63,668 nucleotides of DNA, filler included, from Reclinomonas americana ATCC 50394 (GCA_048213135.1; 16 parts of 16 records of this genome joined end to end with filler, not necessarily neighbours in it); one strand, 5' to 3'; shown: positions 51,865 to 62,965, counted from the first letter of the whole stretch. The notes: generated from the sequence alone by a model not told the origin. Made by a program: numbers and translations.

Positions 51865-52824
51865 CTACCATTCGAATTCCTCAGAATCCTGGGCCCCCCT
51901 CAGTCGCTTGCCGTTCGATCTCACGGGCTGCAGCCGCTCTTCACACGTCGGACACACTTTCCAGTCTCGCCCGCATGGAGCATCCTGGCTGCATGAGATG
52001 CAAATGGCCTCCTTGCACATGCTGCATGTGCCGGCCATTTTTGCTGCCACTCTCGAGCAGGGCTTGCAGAAATGCTTGTGGCAGCTTCCACACTTCGTCA
52101 TCGACTCTGCGCACGGGTCACAGAACTTGTCGTCGCAGCCGTGGCACTCAATCCAAGGGTGCGCTTGCGTGCAACCGCGGTGCTTGGTGCATCTGGTAAT
52201 CTTGCACTTCTGGCACTCCTCCATATCGGCGAGCGTCACGCCCTCAATCTCTCTGGCGCCACATATTTCGCACGGAGTGGGCACGGGCACCGGCCGGCGC
52301 CGCGGTCTACGACTGACAAACCGAACCACGCGAGCGCGCGGCGCACGACGTCCCAATTGCCATCTACGTGCACGCCGCGTGTGCTGTTGACGAGCGGCCG
52401 CAGTGTTGGCGACGCCACCAGCAGCTGCAGGGGGCGAAACATCATGATCATCGGAGCTCGAGTGGACTGAAGACAAACTCATGTCGCCAGGGGCGCTGGT
52501 GCCAACGGCGGCCGTTGAGGCAGTGGTAGAGCGTGGGGGGTCATTCACACCAACGACAACAGGCTCATGCATGTGGCCATGTTGTGGGGGGACTGAAAGC
52601 ACGCTCTCGCCCGTGTCGCGATCGCGCGGGCCGTGAGGGCTGCCAGCACCGGTGGCCGCAGGGGCGGCGGCAGAGAGCGAGAGATAATCACTGCCAGGAA
52701 GAGGGCTGCTGTCGCGGGAGACTGAAATCATATCATCATGATCACCCGTGCTGACGTCGCTACCGCGCGGATCGTGAGCGACGGTGTCGGTACCGGTGGT
52801 GGTAGAATCTGGGGAGTCGGCCAT
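51865..52824 (-). CDS. Intronless Cys-rich protein, paralog of 47723-48733, lacking a recognisable F-box
   Basis: CEICG..TLADM..CQKCKITRCTKH..WIECHGC..CGSCHKHFCKPC..AGTCSMCK..CISCS..CPTCEERLQPV aligns with the Cys array of the first paralog. Confidence 0.72.
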   Translation of the reverse strand: MADSPDSTTTGTDTVAHDPRGSDVSTGDHDDMISVSRDSSPLPGSDYLSLSAAAPAATGAGSPHGPRDRDTGESVLSVPPQHGHMHEPVVVGVNDPPRSTTASTAAVGTSAPGDMSLSSVHSSSDDHDVSPPAAAGGVANTAAARQQHTRRARRWQLGRRAPRARVVRFVSRRPRRRPVPVPTPCEICGAREIEGVTLADMEECQKCKITRCTKHRGCTQAHPWIECHGCDDKFCDPCAESMTKCGSCHKHFCKPCSRVAAKMAGTCSMCKEAICISCSQDAPCGRDWKVCPTCEERLQPVRSNGKRLRGAQDSEEFEW

Positions 52825-53391
52825 GAAGACGATGGTAAAGCTTGAGAACACCGACAGTGAGTGTGTTTGGGTGTGTGTTCGCGCGCGAGAATTCGAGCGA
52901 GAGGAAATGGCAAACCGCCAAAATGGCGCGAGAGTTTGGCGGGAGACAAAGCTTCATGAATTCGTGTAAACTCCTCCAACTTGTCTGCCTTCACTCTGTA
53001 TGTAACGTTTGTGATGAGATTGCGCGTGCTCATGAGGAGTCAGTGCGCCGACGAGATGAGGAGTGGTGCGCGCTGCGACGGTCAGCCGGCGCCAGATCTA
53101 CGAGATCGAACTCCAATTGCAAGCCCACCCATGGGAGCGGTGTCTCGGTTATCACGCGTCAAGTGGTGCCGATGGGTGCTCCGAGTGAGACAGGTGCGGA
53201 TCAAACTCTTCTAGCACGTAGCTGGATTGCTGCTGAGCCTGTTTCTTGACCGCACGGACCAGTCGCCGATCAGTAGCGACTCGTTCAGGACCATCTGTGC
53301 TTGTTGCACCGATGAGAGACACACGTGGCAATCAGCAGCAAATGCGGATACGTGAACGCGGATGGAGGCATCCTTGCCAAAGCGGCTCGTT

Positions 53392-56300
53392 CTGTAACAG
53401 TCGCACGCGGCACTCGAATTCCTGCGCCACGAACGACAACGATCAGAGCCCACATCCACGCAGAAAGGCAGACGCATGCAGATACACACACACCGGCATC
53501 AGCTGCAAGTTGGCGTCCGACAGAGTATGCTGGATCTGTTCAATCCTTTGCTGCAGTCGCTTGCGCTTGCTCATGCCCGTGTACTGCTCCGGCAGCTTCG
53601 GGCACTGTGAACACTTGGAGGTGCGCAACAGCGATGCCAGGCTGTTGCGCTGCGTGAACAGCTCCGAAAAGTCCATGTCCGTGATCTTGTAGTCCTGCAG
53701 CGCACACACTCTCTCTCAACACCACTACCGATCTTCCGCGCAGACAGAGCGACATCCCCCGCCACTGACCTTGACGGGATGGAATGCCGGCACACCCTCC
53801 TCACCGGCCTGCGCCCACATCTCCGCCAGTTCATTCGCCACACGCACAATGTCTGCTCGGCGCGGCTCAAAGTCCTCGCCCGACGCGTGCTTGATGCGCT
53901 GCTTGGTGATCGACACGATGCTGGCGAACGGCAGTGCCTCCAGCAATCCGCTCTCTTCCGGTGTCGGATTTGCACCGTGGAATAGTGCGGCAGGCCGCAC
54001 AGTGTCGGCTGCGGGGGTAGGGATGTCAGAGCACAGCCACTGGAAAAAACAAACAGTATCAAGACGCACCGCCAATAGGTCCACGGGCTGGTACGGCCGC
54101 AGCCACACGGCGACAAACTTCTCCGGTGGCGCCGCCGACGATGACGGCAAACTCATGCCGGTGGACGACAGAGAAATGCCGGCAGCACGTGCGACGCGCG
54201 AGTGAAGGATGCAGGCCAGCGTGAGGCCGCACTCCATCGAGCGCGCCACCACCACACGCCCCGGCGTCAACTGCTGCAGGGCGCTCTTGCCACGCAGCGC
54301 CGTCGCACGCAACTGCTCGTCCATGTTCACAAATGGCTGTGACACAAAAAAGGATGAGAACGGAGAGCAGTGGTACGGGAGACATCTTGATCAATGGACG
54401 CAACAGCATGCAGCTCGTAGAAATTGTCAATGTCGGGCTCGCCAAAGATGCAGTCCACGTCGCTCATGGTGCGCAAAATCTCCTGTCCACGTCGCAAAAT
54501 GTCTTGCGAGTCCGGCGCCAGACGCTGCACGTGGAACTCGCCAAAACTGCGCTTGATCATGTCCTCGACACGGAAGTCCTCCACACGCAACAAGTTGAGA
54601 ATCATGTTGTACGTGAGGCGGAACTGGCTCTCCAGCTTTTGCGCACGTCCGAGGATCATGCGTGTAATGGTGGCGGACTCTGGTACCTGTAAGCGCGGTG
54701 AGCTCCGCGCTTGAAGGCAGCATGCCCTTTTGCACAAAAAAAGACAAACCTCTGTCCAGCAGCCGATGATGACCGTGCCGACTGTGTCGAGTCCACGACG
54801 ACCGGCACGACCACTCATCTGAATGTACTCGCCCGCCTGCAGATCGCGGTGCTGGCGACCGTCGTGTTTCCGCAGCGAGTTGAAGACGACAGTGCGCGTC
54901 GGCATGTTGACGCCCATGGCAAACGTCTCGGTGGCGTACAGCACCTTGACGAGGCCACGCGAGAACAAAATCTCCACAATCTCCTTCACGATCGGCAGCA
55001 GACCGGCGTGACGCACACCGAGGCCACGTCGCAGCAGGTCGCGCATGCGCACAATCTGCGGCAACTCGCGGTCCGGCGCACGCAAGCGACTCACACTCGT
55101 GTCGATAATGTGAGTGATTTCGCTCTTCTCCGCACCCGTCGTCAAATTGATGGCAGTCAGCGAGTTCGCAATGGCCTCACACCGCTTGCGCGAAAACGTG
55201 AAGACGACCACCGGCATCAGCTCCCGTTTCTGCAAGAAGTTGACCATCTGAATCCACTCGTTGCTGCAGGTAACAAAATCACGCAGCGGTAAGCACTGTG
55301 TGCCAAGCACAGCACAACAGACAACTCCCCGCGTAGAAGTCACCGTTCAGTCTGCTCCTTGGCTGCGCCGCTGCCGGTGCGCAGAGCCGACGACTTGGCC
55401 TCGCGGTCGTGGAAATACTTGCTGGCATCGCGGTAGCCCTGCAGTTGGAACGCGCCGGCGTGGTCGACGACCTTGAATGTTTGGCCCTTGACGTACAGGT
55501 AGTGTTCGAGAGGCACCGGTCGACGGTTGGTGCCCACCACGAAAATGTTCTTCTTTTTCGTGCGACCCACCCAGTCGGCAAACTGCAATGCAAGACGCAG
55601 AAACATGAGTCGCCATGCAAGGGGAGAAGGAGCGAAGAAGCTAGCCAGCGCACCTCAAATGCGTTGGGCACCGTGGCCGAGAGCATGACAATGTTGATGT
55701 GCGGCGGCAGCATGATAATGACCTCCTCCCACACGACGCCACGGTCCTGGTCGTTGACGTAGTGCACCTCGTCAAAGATGACCCACTCGACATCGCGCAC
55801 CATGTCAGCGCCGCGGTACAGCATGGAGCGCAAAATCTCGGTCGTCATGATGACACAGGCTCCCGTCGGGTTGATCTGCACGTCGCCCGTGAGAATGCCT
55901 GCACCGTTGTCGTCGTCGGCGAGGCGTTAGATGTATGGACTGAAGCGCTGCACATCATTGCAACCAAGGTACGCACCGACATCGCCAAAGCGGTTCTTAA
56001 AGTCGCGGAACTTTTGGTTCGACAGCGTCTTGATGGGCGACGTGTAAATGGCCTTGGTCATGTGCTTCTGCGACAGCGCAATGGCGTACTCGGCGACCAC
56101 CGTCTTGCCGGCCGATGTGTGCGCCGCCACAAACACCGACTCGCCGTTCTCCATGTGGTACACGGCCTCCTTCTGGAACCAATCGAGCTCGAACGGGAAC
56201 TCCATGGCCATGTTGGGCACCAGTGTGCGGAAGTGCGTCTGCGAGAGAGGGAGAAGGGGGGCGGTGAGGATGCAACGAAAAATGGGAGTCTTTCTCTGTT

Positions 56301-57893
56301 CTGCCTCACCATGTCCATGCGCTCCATGACGGCCCATGTCTTCCTCTCCGAGTCTTGCTTGCCGTCGCCCGACCCACCACCGGCGATCGCGGCAGCCTTC
56401 TCGCGCATCTCTTGCTGGCGCTTGAGACGCGCCAGATCCGACACCTCCGTCACCGCGAAGATGTCGTCGATGGACACGCCGGCCGAGGGCGCTTCCCTGA
56501 AATCCAACACCTCTGCATCCTCCGGCAGCAGGGGTGCGGCAGCTGAGGCGCCTCCCGCGCGGCGTGAACCCGAGGCAACCGACAGAGCACCGCTGGCCAC
56601 GGCACGCGGTTGACGCACGGGCAGAGTGCGGGCGTCGAGTTCGGGGTCGCGAGGTGCCACAAAGCCAGGATCACGGAGGCCCAGTTCGATGAGTTCTTGC
56701 TCCGCGCCGCTGGCAAAAATCTGTGAAGAAGCCCGTCAATGAGTCAACAGAGAAAGGGGACGTCAAACGGGAAGCACACGCACATCATCCAACGTGATTT
56801 GCACACTTTGCACTGCGCGGGTTGAAGGCACAGTTGAGCGCCCATACACCATTACTACACCCCTACATAAACAAGTATAGACACAACCTGGCGGCTCGAC
56901 AACATCCCCCCGCTTGCCAGGTGCCGGAACCGCGCCACTGCGAATGGCGTCGAGGTACTGGCGCAGCATGCTGGACTTGTTGGAACCGATAGACAACAAC
57001 TCGGTGGTCGCCGGTGCCGCCGACCGCGCACTCAAGTCGATTCCCTCGCTCCACCCATGCGGCGTACTCAGCAGCGACGCACCACCGCCATTCAACGCCT
57101 CGATGAACACACGCGCATCGGCGAGCTCCTGCTCCGTCGGCGGTGGCGGAGGCTCCTTGTCAATGCCGCCCGGCTGGAACGGTCGAATGCCGCTGCCGCC
57201 CGTCACAAACGAGTCCAGTGAGCTGTACGGCCGATGCAGCGACGACGCATCATCCTTGTCGATCTCCACCTGAGCCAGCTGCATGTTCAAAACAGAAGAA
57301 GAGGCAACGTTTTCGCGATGAGAGAGACAACACACCAGCTTGGGTCCACGCAGCTCGCCCGTGAGCTCGTTGCGGTCGACATCGATCTGCAGCAAGTGCG
57401 GCGTCGACTTGACCTTTAACAGTGTGTCGCTGTGCATGGGTAGTCAGCAGCAGCACAAGAGAGACAAGAGAGAGGCCAACTCAACAGCGCCAAATCGCGC
57501 GGAATGGCCGGCTGATAGCTGTTCCCCGCAGGAAACATCACCGGGCTCAACACATCACGCAAGTGCGCCGCCGGCAACACACTCTCACACAGTTGCGTGG
57601 TCAGGTCCTCACTCACAGCAAACTCAGGCTCATGCTGCGACCAAAACACAATCAACACAATGCACACACACACACAGCTCTGTGTGCAACCCACTCACCA
57701 GTCGCACAAGGTGCTTGTGCGTGTGCACTCGTCGTCGCGCACGCAGCTGCCCGCTCGCACCTCGTCCCCACTGCGCGATTTGCAGAGTGGGCAGACGACG
57801 TTGCGCGCCCTGTGCGTCTTCCTCGCCCAGTGCCACATCCAGTGCTCGCAGCGCAGTGCTGCAGGCCTCACTGATCACAGGCGACGCGTACAT
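53392..57893 (-). pseudogene. SKI2: SKI2 copy C: complete 5' part, 1-nt frameshift near 53962, GVHHAG changed to GVRHAG, 3'-truncated (no DSHCT)
   Basis: Colinear with copy A. It has ttccggtgtcgg where A has ttccggcggtcgg. Homology ends after [10 protein letters not shown], the same point as copy B. Confidence 0.85.
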
Positions 57894-57937
57894 TGCAAGC
57901 AACACGGAGAGGACAGAGGACGACTTTGTTTGCAGTC

Positions 57938-58733
57938 ATGCGACGCGCGTGGCATCGCAGTGCGCACTGTGGCTGGGTGAGCTCACTGGCGACCACGNNN
58001 NNNNNNNNNNNNNNNNNNNNNNNNNNNNNNNNNNNNNNNNNTTAATTAATTAANNNNNNNNNNNNNNNNNNNNNNNNNNNNNNNNNNNNNNNNNNNNTGT
58101 CGATTTGTGGTCAGTGGTGGAGGTGGTGGCTGTGTGGCGGTGCACTCGCTGGTCGATGGTGAGGTGCGGTGGTTTGAGGGGCACACGGACACGGTGCGAT
58201 CGGTGGCGGTGACTCGCGATGGGCGGTTCGTGGTGAGCGGAGGCAGCGATTGCACGGTGCGAGTGTGGTCGGTGGCGAGTGGGCGGCTGGAGCGGCTGTT
58301 CGCGCGGCACACGGATGGCGTGCGATCGGTGGCGATCTCGGCCGATGGGCATCACGTGTTGAGCAGCAGTCGGAGCAAGACGACGCGATTGTGGGCGTTG
58401 GCGACGGGGGAGGAGGTGGAGTGCTTGGTGGATCGGCAGCAGCCGTGGCCGGTCGCGTGTACCGCCGATGGACACTTTGTGGTGGTGGGTGCGACCGATG
58501 GCGGGTTGCATGTGTGGGCGACGCCGCTTGAGTTGATGCAGCGCGAGGTGGCGGCCGTGCAGTGTGCGTTGCTCGAGGTGCAGTCGATGCTTGACGACAC
58601 TGACGATGAAAGCGTGTGGTGTCTGCCCGAGATTGTGCTGCGGTGCTTCTTGGCGGAGGATGCACGACTCCGGTACCTGCGCGCCGAAGTCGACCTAGAG
58701 ATGCAACGCAATGAACCAGTGACTATTCTCTAA
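57938..58733 (+). CDS. WD40-repeat protein, copy 3, the only copy with the native 3' end (spans gap 57998-58097)
   Basis: MRRAWHRSAHCGWV start. The repeats continue past GTGGATC into VACTADGHFVVVGATDGGLHVW and a helical tail ending in TAA. Confidence 0.82.
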
Positions 58734-58853
58734 GCGTGAGTAACAACAAACAACGAAGCGGCCTTGCATTTTGCTTAATCAGCATTACAGATGAGCATAT
58801 TACAGCGAGCGCATGCACAACCTATTGCACCCAGATAACACGTCCCGCCACCA

Positions 58854-59768
58854 CTATGCGGGTACTTCATCCATCATGCGCGTTATCCGCTGAACGATCT
58901 CGTGGAAGTCGGGTCGTCGGTCGGGTTGCGATGCAATGCAGTCGTGCACGAGACGCGGGAATGCCGGATGAATTGAGGCGCCGGCTCCCGGTGGCAACTC
59001 CAGCCGCACCTGTGAACACCGGCAGTGAGCAACAGCAATGGCCTCGCCACAACAGTGGAAGAGAAACGCAACATTCTGGCGGACCATGGCCACCAACAGC
59101 TGAATTGGCTCGTATGAATCGAACGGTCGCAGCTTGGTGGCCAGCTCCCACAACACTGATTGGTAACAAGGCATGAGAGGTGGCAAGCAAGGACGAGACA
59201 TAACAACACACACGAACGCACCGACGCCATACGAATATACGTCTGCTTTTTCTGAATATCTCCGACCACGCAGCACCTCGGGTGCCATCCATTGCGGCTG
59301 GCGCACACAGCTCTTGTGAGCAACATGTAGATGCACACACACGACACGAACACACTACAACACTCACCGTCCCGATCGATGATGTCATGGTGCTGGAGGC
59401 CTTGACTCGTGACAAACCAAAATCGGCAATCTTCACACTCCAGTCCTCGCCCAGCAGCAAGTTGCCGGACTTGAAATCGCGATGCAGGATGGGTGGATCA
59501 TGTGTGTGCAGGCAGAAGAGTCCCTTGGCGGCACCGAGGGCGATGCGCAGCGCCACACGCGGTGTGATCAGCGATGGTGTGCCGGTGCCCGGGTCGAGCA
59601 CGTCAAATAGCGAGCCTCTGCGTGACATATATGGGCGGTGAGGGGAAGACAAAAAAGAAAGCATGCTGACTGACTGCGCACCGTTTCATGTACTCAGTCA
59701 CCATGGCAGGATATCGCGATTCTTGGCACATGCCCATGATGAGGAGGATATTGGGGTGGCGGAGGGCC
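58854..59768 (-). CDS. TKL (Raf/CTR1-like) protein kinase, C-terminal part (subdomains IV-XI)
   Basis: [89 protein letters not shown]. Confidence 0.92.
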
Positions 59769-59916
59769 CTGGTGGTGCATTCAAGTTAGCAAAGCACAGA
59801 CGGGGGAAGAGCNNNNNNNNNNNNNNNNNNNNNNNNNNNNNNNNNNNNNNNNNNNNTTAATTAATTAANNNNNNNNNNNNNNNNNNNNNNNNNNNNNNNN
59901 NNNNNNNNNNNNATCC

Positions 59917-60697
59917 CTATAAAACCTTCATCATATCGCCAATCATGAGGAGGGTGAAGCACGCGGTGAGGTAGGCGCACAGCATGATCTCCGGTCGCCG
60001 CCCATCCTTGATCTTGATCGTATACAACAACGCCATGGCAGTGACCACCGTGGCAATCGAGTCATACACCGCCCAGTACACCATGTTGACATAGTCGAGA
60101 CAGTCGAGCAGATCCTCCAACCAGAAGAGCAGGAGGCCCGACACGAGAAACCCGAGAGTGCCCATGCACGTGGCCCACATGAAGGGGTGTCGCGAGGTGC
60201 GTTTCGCCACCAGCAATGTAAGCATGTAGATTACGATAAACGACTGTCCTCCGGCATCAATCACCGCCACAGAGCCAATGGCCAACACATCGTGCTTGTC
60301 GGCGTCCACGAAAATGTTGCGAATGAACGAGGCCGTGTAGAAAATGCACACTCCCAATAAGAACAGATGATGCGAGGGTAATAGAACGCGGAACGAGCTG
60401 CGTTGTCGCGCTTGACTGTCACAAGAGTGAGCATGGAGAAGAGTGTGTGTGTGTTCGTGAATGAATCTTTCATGTTACCTGTGATTGAGCGCGAGTTTGC
60501 CCAGCAACACAATCAGCGAGATGACAATGACGCAGGAGAGCGCAAAGGTGTACGCTGGTGCGTGTAACACAAGCCCCGACGAGTACAGCTGTGTGTGTGA
60601 AAAGAGCGTGAGATGGCGGATGACACTCACTTTTTTGTGACGCGCACACCTTTTGGCACAGGCCCGGCAACGTGGTGCCGATCCAACACCGCTGCAT
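59917..60697 (-). CDS. Multi-pass membrane protein (6 hydrophobic segments visible, GPCR-like), probably continuing into the gap
   Basis: Three spliced exons give TM-like stretches AYTFALSCVIVISLIVLLG, LFLLGVCIFYTASFI, SFIVIYMLTLLV, TLGFLVSGLLLFWL, SIATVVTAMALLY and IMLCAYLTACFTLLMI. Confidence 0.65.
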
Positions 60698-61137
60698 GAC
60701 GGCGTGGAAAGAAGACGACGAAGACACGCGCGCGCGCACCGATGTGTGTCTGATTATGGGGATGCGTCTGGGACAACCTAAGCTGGATACGTCTGAGACA
60801 GGTTAACATTTGCGTGACGTAACAAAACAACTCCTTTCTCTCGCAGCAGAACAGGTGAGTGCGGTTGCATGTAGTCTTCTCTGTGTGTGTCTGTCTGTGT
60901 ATGTGCGTGTGTGTGTGGAGAGAGTGAGAGTGTCCGCTTGAAGATGCATCGCATCGCTGGGGAAAAGATGCTGCGTTGGTGCGAGGATCTTTTTCCTTTC
61001 ACACTCAAGCAGCGAGAGAGCGCAACACACACACACATACACACAAATGAGCGCAGAGAGAAAACCCATTGGTGTGTGCATGAGTGTGTGAGACAGAGTG
61101 CGCGACATGCTCACCCACTCACTCTCTCTGTGTAGAT

Positions 61138-62203
61138 ATGTCACGATCGGCGGTGGTGATTGACTACGAGGAGCTGGCGAATCCCGACGCGGATCTGTCG
61201 GATCAGCTGGAGATGGCGGTGGGTCCGCACGGACTCGGTCTGGTGCTCATTCGCGGAGTGCCGACGTTCCCCGAGAAGCGCGCGCGTCTTCTCCCGCTGG
61301 CCTACAAGTTCGCCAATCTGCCCGAGAGCGTGCGTGCCAAGTACGAGAATGCAGAGTCGCGCTACAATGTCGGCTGGAGTCATGGCAAGGAGGCGGTGGA
61401 GAATGGGAAGCTTGGTGCGTTTTTTGCGTGTCGTCGACATTGAAGATGCGGAGATGCTCATCTGTCTTTTGTTTGTGTAAAAAGACTTTGGCAAGGGCTC
61501 GTACTACGCGAATCCGGTGACGGATGCGCCCACGGATGATCCCGAGCGCATCAAGGCCATGCCGGAGATCTTGGCGCCGAACATTTGGCCGCGCGACGAC
61601 ATGCCGGAGCTGGAGCCGGCGTTCAAGGACCTCTCGCGGCTCATTGTCGACACGGCGGTGCTGCTGGCCCGCCAGTGCGACAAGTACGGTGCGTGCGTTT
61701 TTTTTCTGCAAAGTTGCGCTCCTTGATTGCTGATCGACTGGTGTGGTGACAGTGCATCGCGTGCTGCCGTCGTACGGACCCGACAAGCTCGGTCGCATCA
61801 TCGGCACCTCGCAGGAGATGAAGGCGCGTCTGCTCTACTACTACCCACCCGGCGAAACCCCCATCGATGCCGACGATCCATCGAGCTGGTGCGGCTGGCA
61901 CCACGACCAGTTGCGTTTGCTCGTCTGCGCTTCTTTCCTTTCCTTGCCTCATTTCCCCGCTCACCCTTCTTCACCCACACACGCAGCGGCTCCATCACGG
62001 GCCTCTGCAGTGCCATGTTCTTCGACGGTGAGGGCAACCAGGTCCCGTGCCCCGATCCCAAGGCCGGCCTGTACGTCCGCAACCGCGCCGGTGAGACCAT
62101 CAAGGTCAGCATCCCGGTCGACCATCTGGCGTACCAGATTGGCGAGGCGGCCATGGTCCACACGGGCGGCCGCCTGATCGCCACACCACACTGCGTCAAG
62201 TCG
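61138..62203 (+). CDS. 2-oxoglutarate/Fe(II)-dependent oxygenase (IPNS-like family), 3' end lost in the gap
   Basis: GPHGLGLVLIRGVP, GWSHGKE, KGSYYANP, PNIWP, KARLLYYYP, WCGWHHDH|GSITGL (HxD), AGLYVRNR, AYQIGE, ATPHCV (distal His). Confidence 0.92.
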
Positions 62204-62307
62204 GTTGNNNNNNNNNNNNNNNNNNNNNNNNNNNNNNNNNNNNNNNNNNNNTTAATTAATTAANNNNNNNNNNNNNNNNNNNNNNNNNNNNNNNNNNNNN
62301 NNNNNNN

Positions 62308-62392
<85 letters not shown>
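62308..62392 (+). repeat. (CA)n microsatellite at a contig edge
   Basis: Direct reading of the sequence. Confidence 0.95.
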
Positions 62393-62393
<1 letters not shown>

Positions 62394-62479
62394 AAGGCTC
62401 GGGTGCAGAGAAGCTCTCCTTCCCTCACCCCCACTCTCCATCCCTCTCTCCCCTCTCCTCCCCCCTACACACACTCAAC

Positions 62480-62965
62480 TCTCCGTAATCGTGATCGCCG
62501 CATCCTGCTGGCCACCAACGCCCGCAAAGTTCGCCCGCACCGAGCACGTCAGAGTCCCAGAGGCCGCCGCCGTGTTATCAATGAGCACTGTTGCTGTTCC
62601 GTCGCCATTGTCGGTCAACTTGAGCGAGTTGTTCGGCGACACGTTCCTGATGGTGATGCTGTTGGGAAGAGGATGGTCGACATCGTCGTTGGTGAAGGTC
62701 ACCGTGCACATCACGTCGCCCGTGGTCAGCATACTCGCTGTTATGTGTGTGCGAGAGAGAGAGAGACAGAGAGTAAGACACGTGGGTGTGTGAGTGAGAG
62801 AGAGAGAGAGAGAGCAACACAACGTGGATTGTGTGTGGGTGACGCAGGTGCGACAGAGTTTGTGACTGTGGCCTCGGCTGCCATGACGACTGTGATGAGG
62901 AGCATGACCATGCTGGTCAACCACTGCTTTCCGTGTCGTCTTCTCATTGCGCGCCACTTTATCAT
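62480..62965 (-). CDS. Secreted protein N-terminus with a beta-sandwich (cadherin/Ig-like) domain; continues toward the gap
   Basis: Signal-like WLTSMVMLLITVVMAAEA; intron from 62823 (GTTGTGT) to about 62739; exon SMLTTGDVMCTVTFTNDD..LTDNGDGTATVLID..CSVRANF..AITIT. The start is uncertain. Confidence 0.55.

Noticed and set aside
3996..62823. Introner-type mobile introns as the explanation for the GTTG donors
   Set aside because: Non-paralogous introns share no visible internal similarity, terminal inverted repeats or target duplications.
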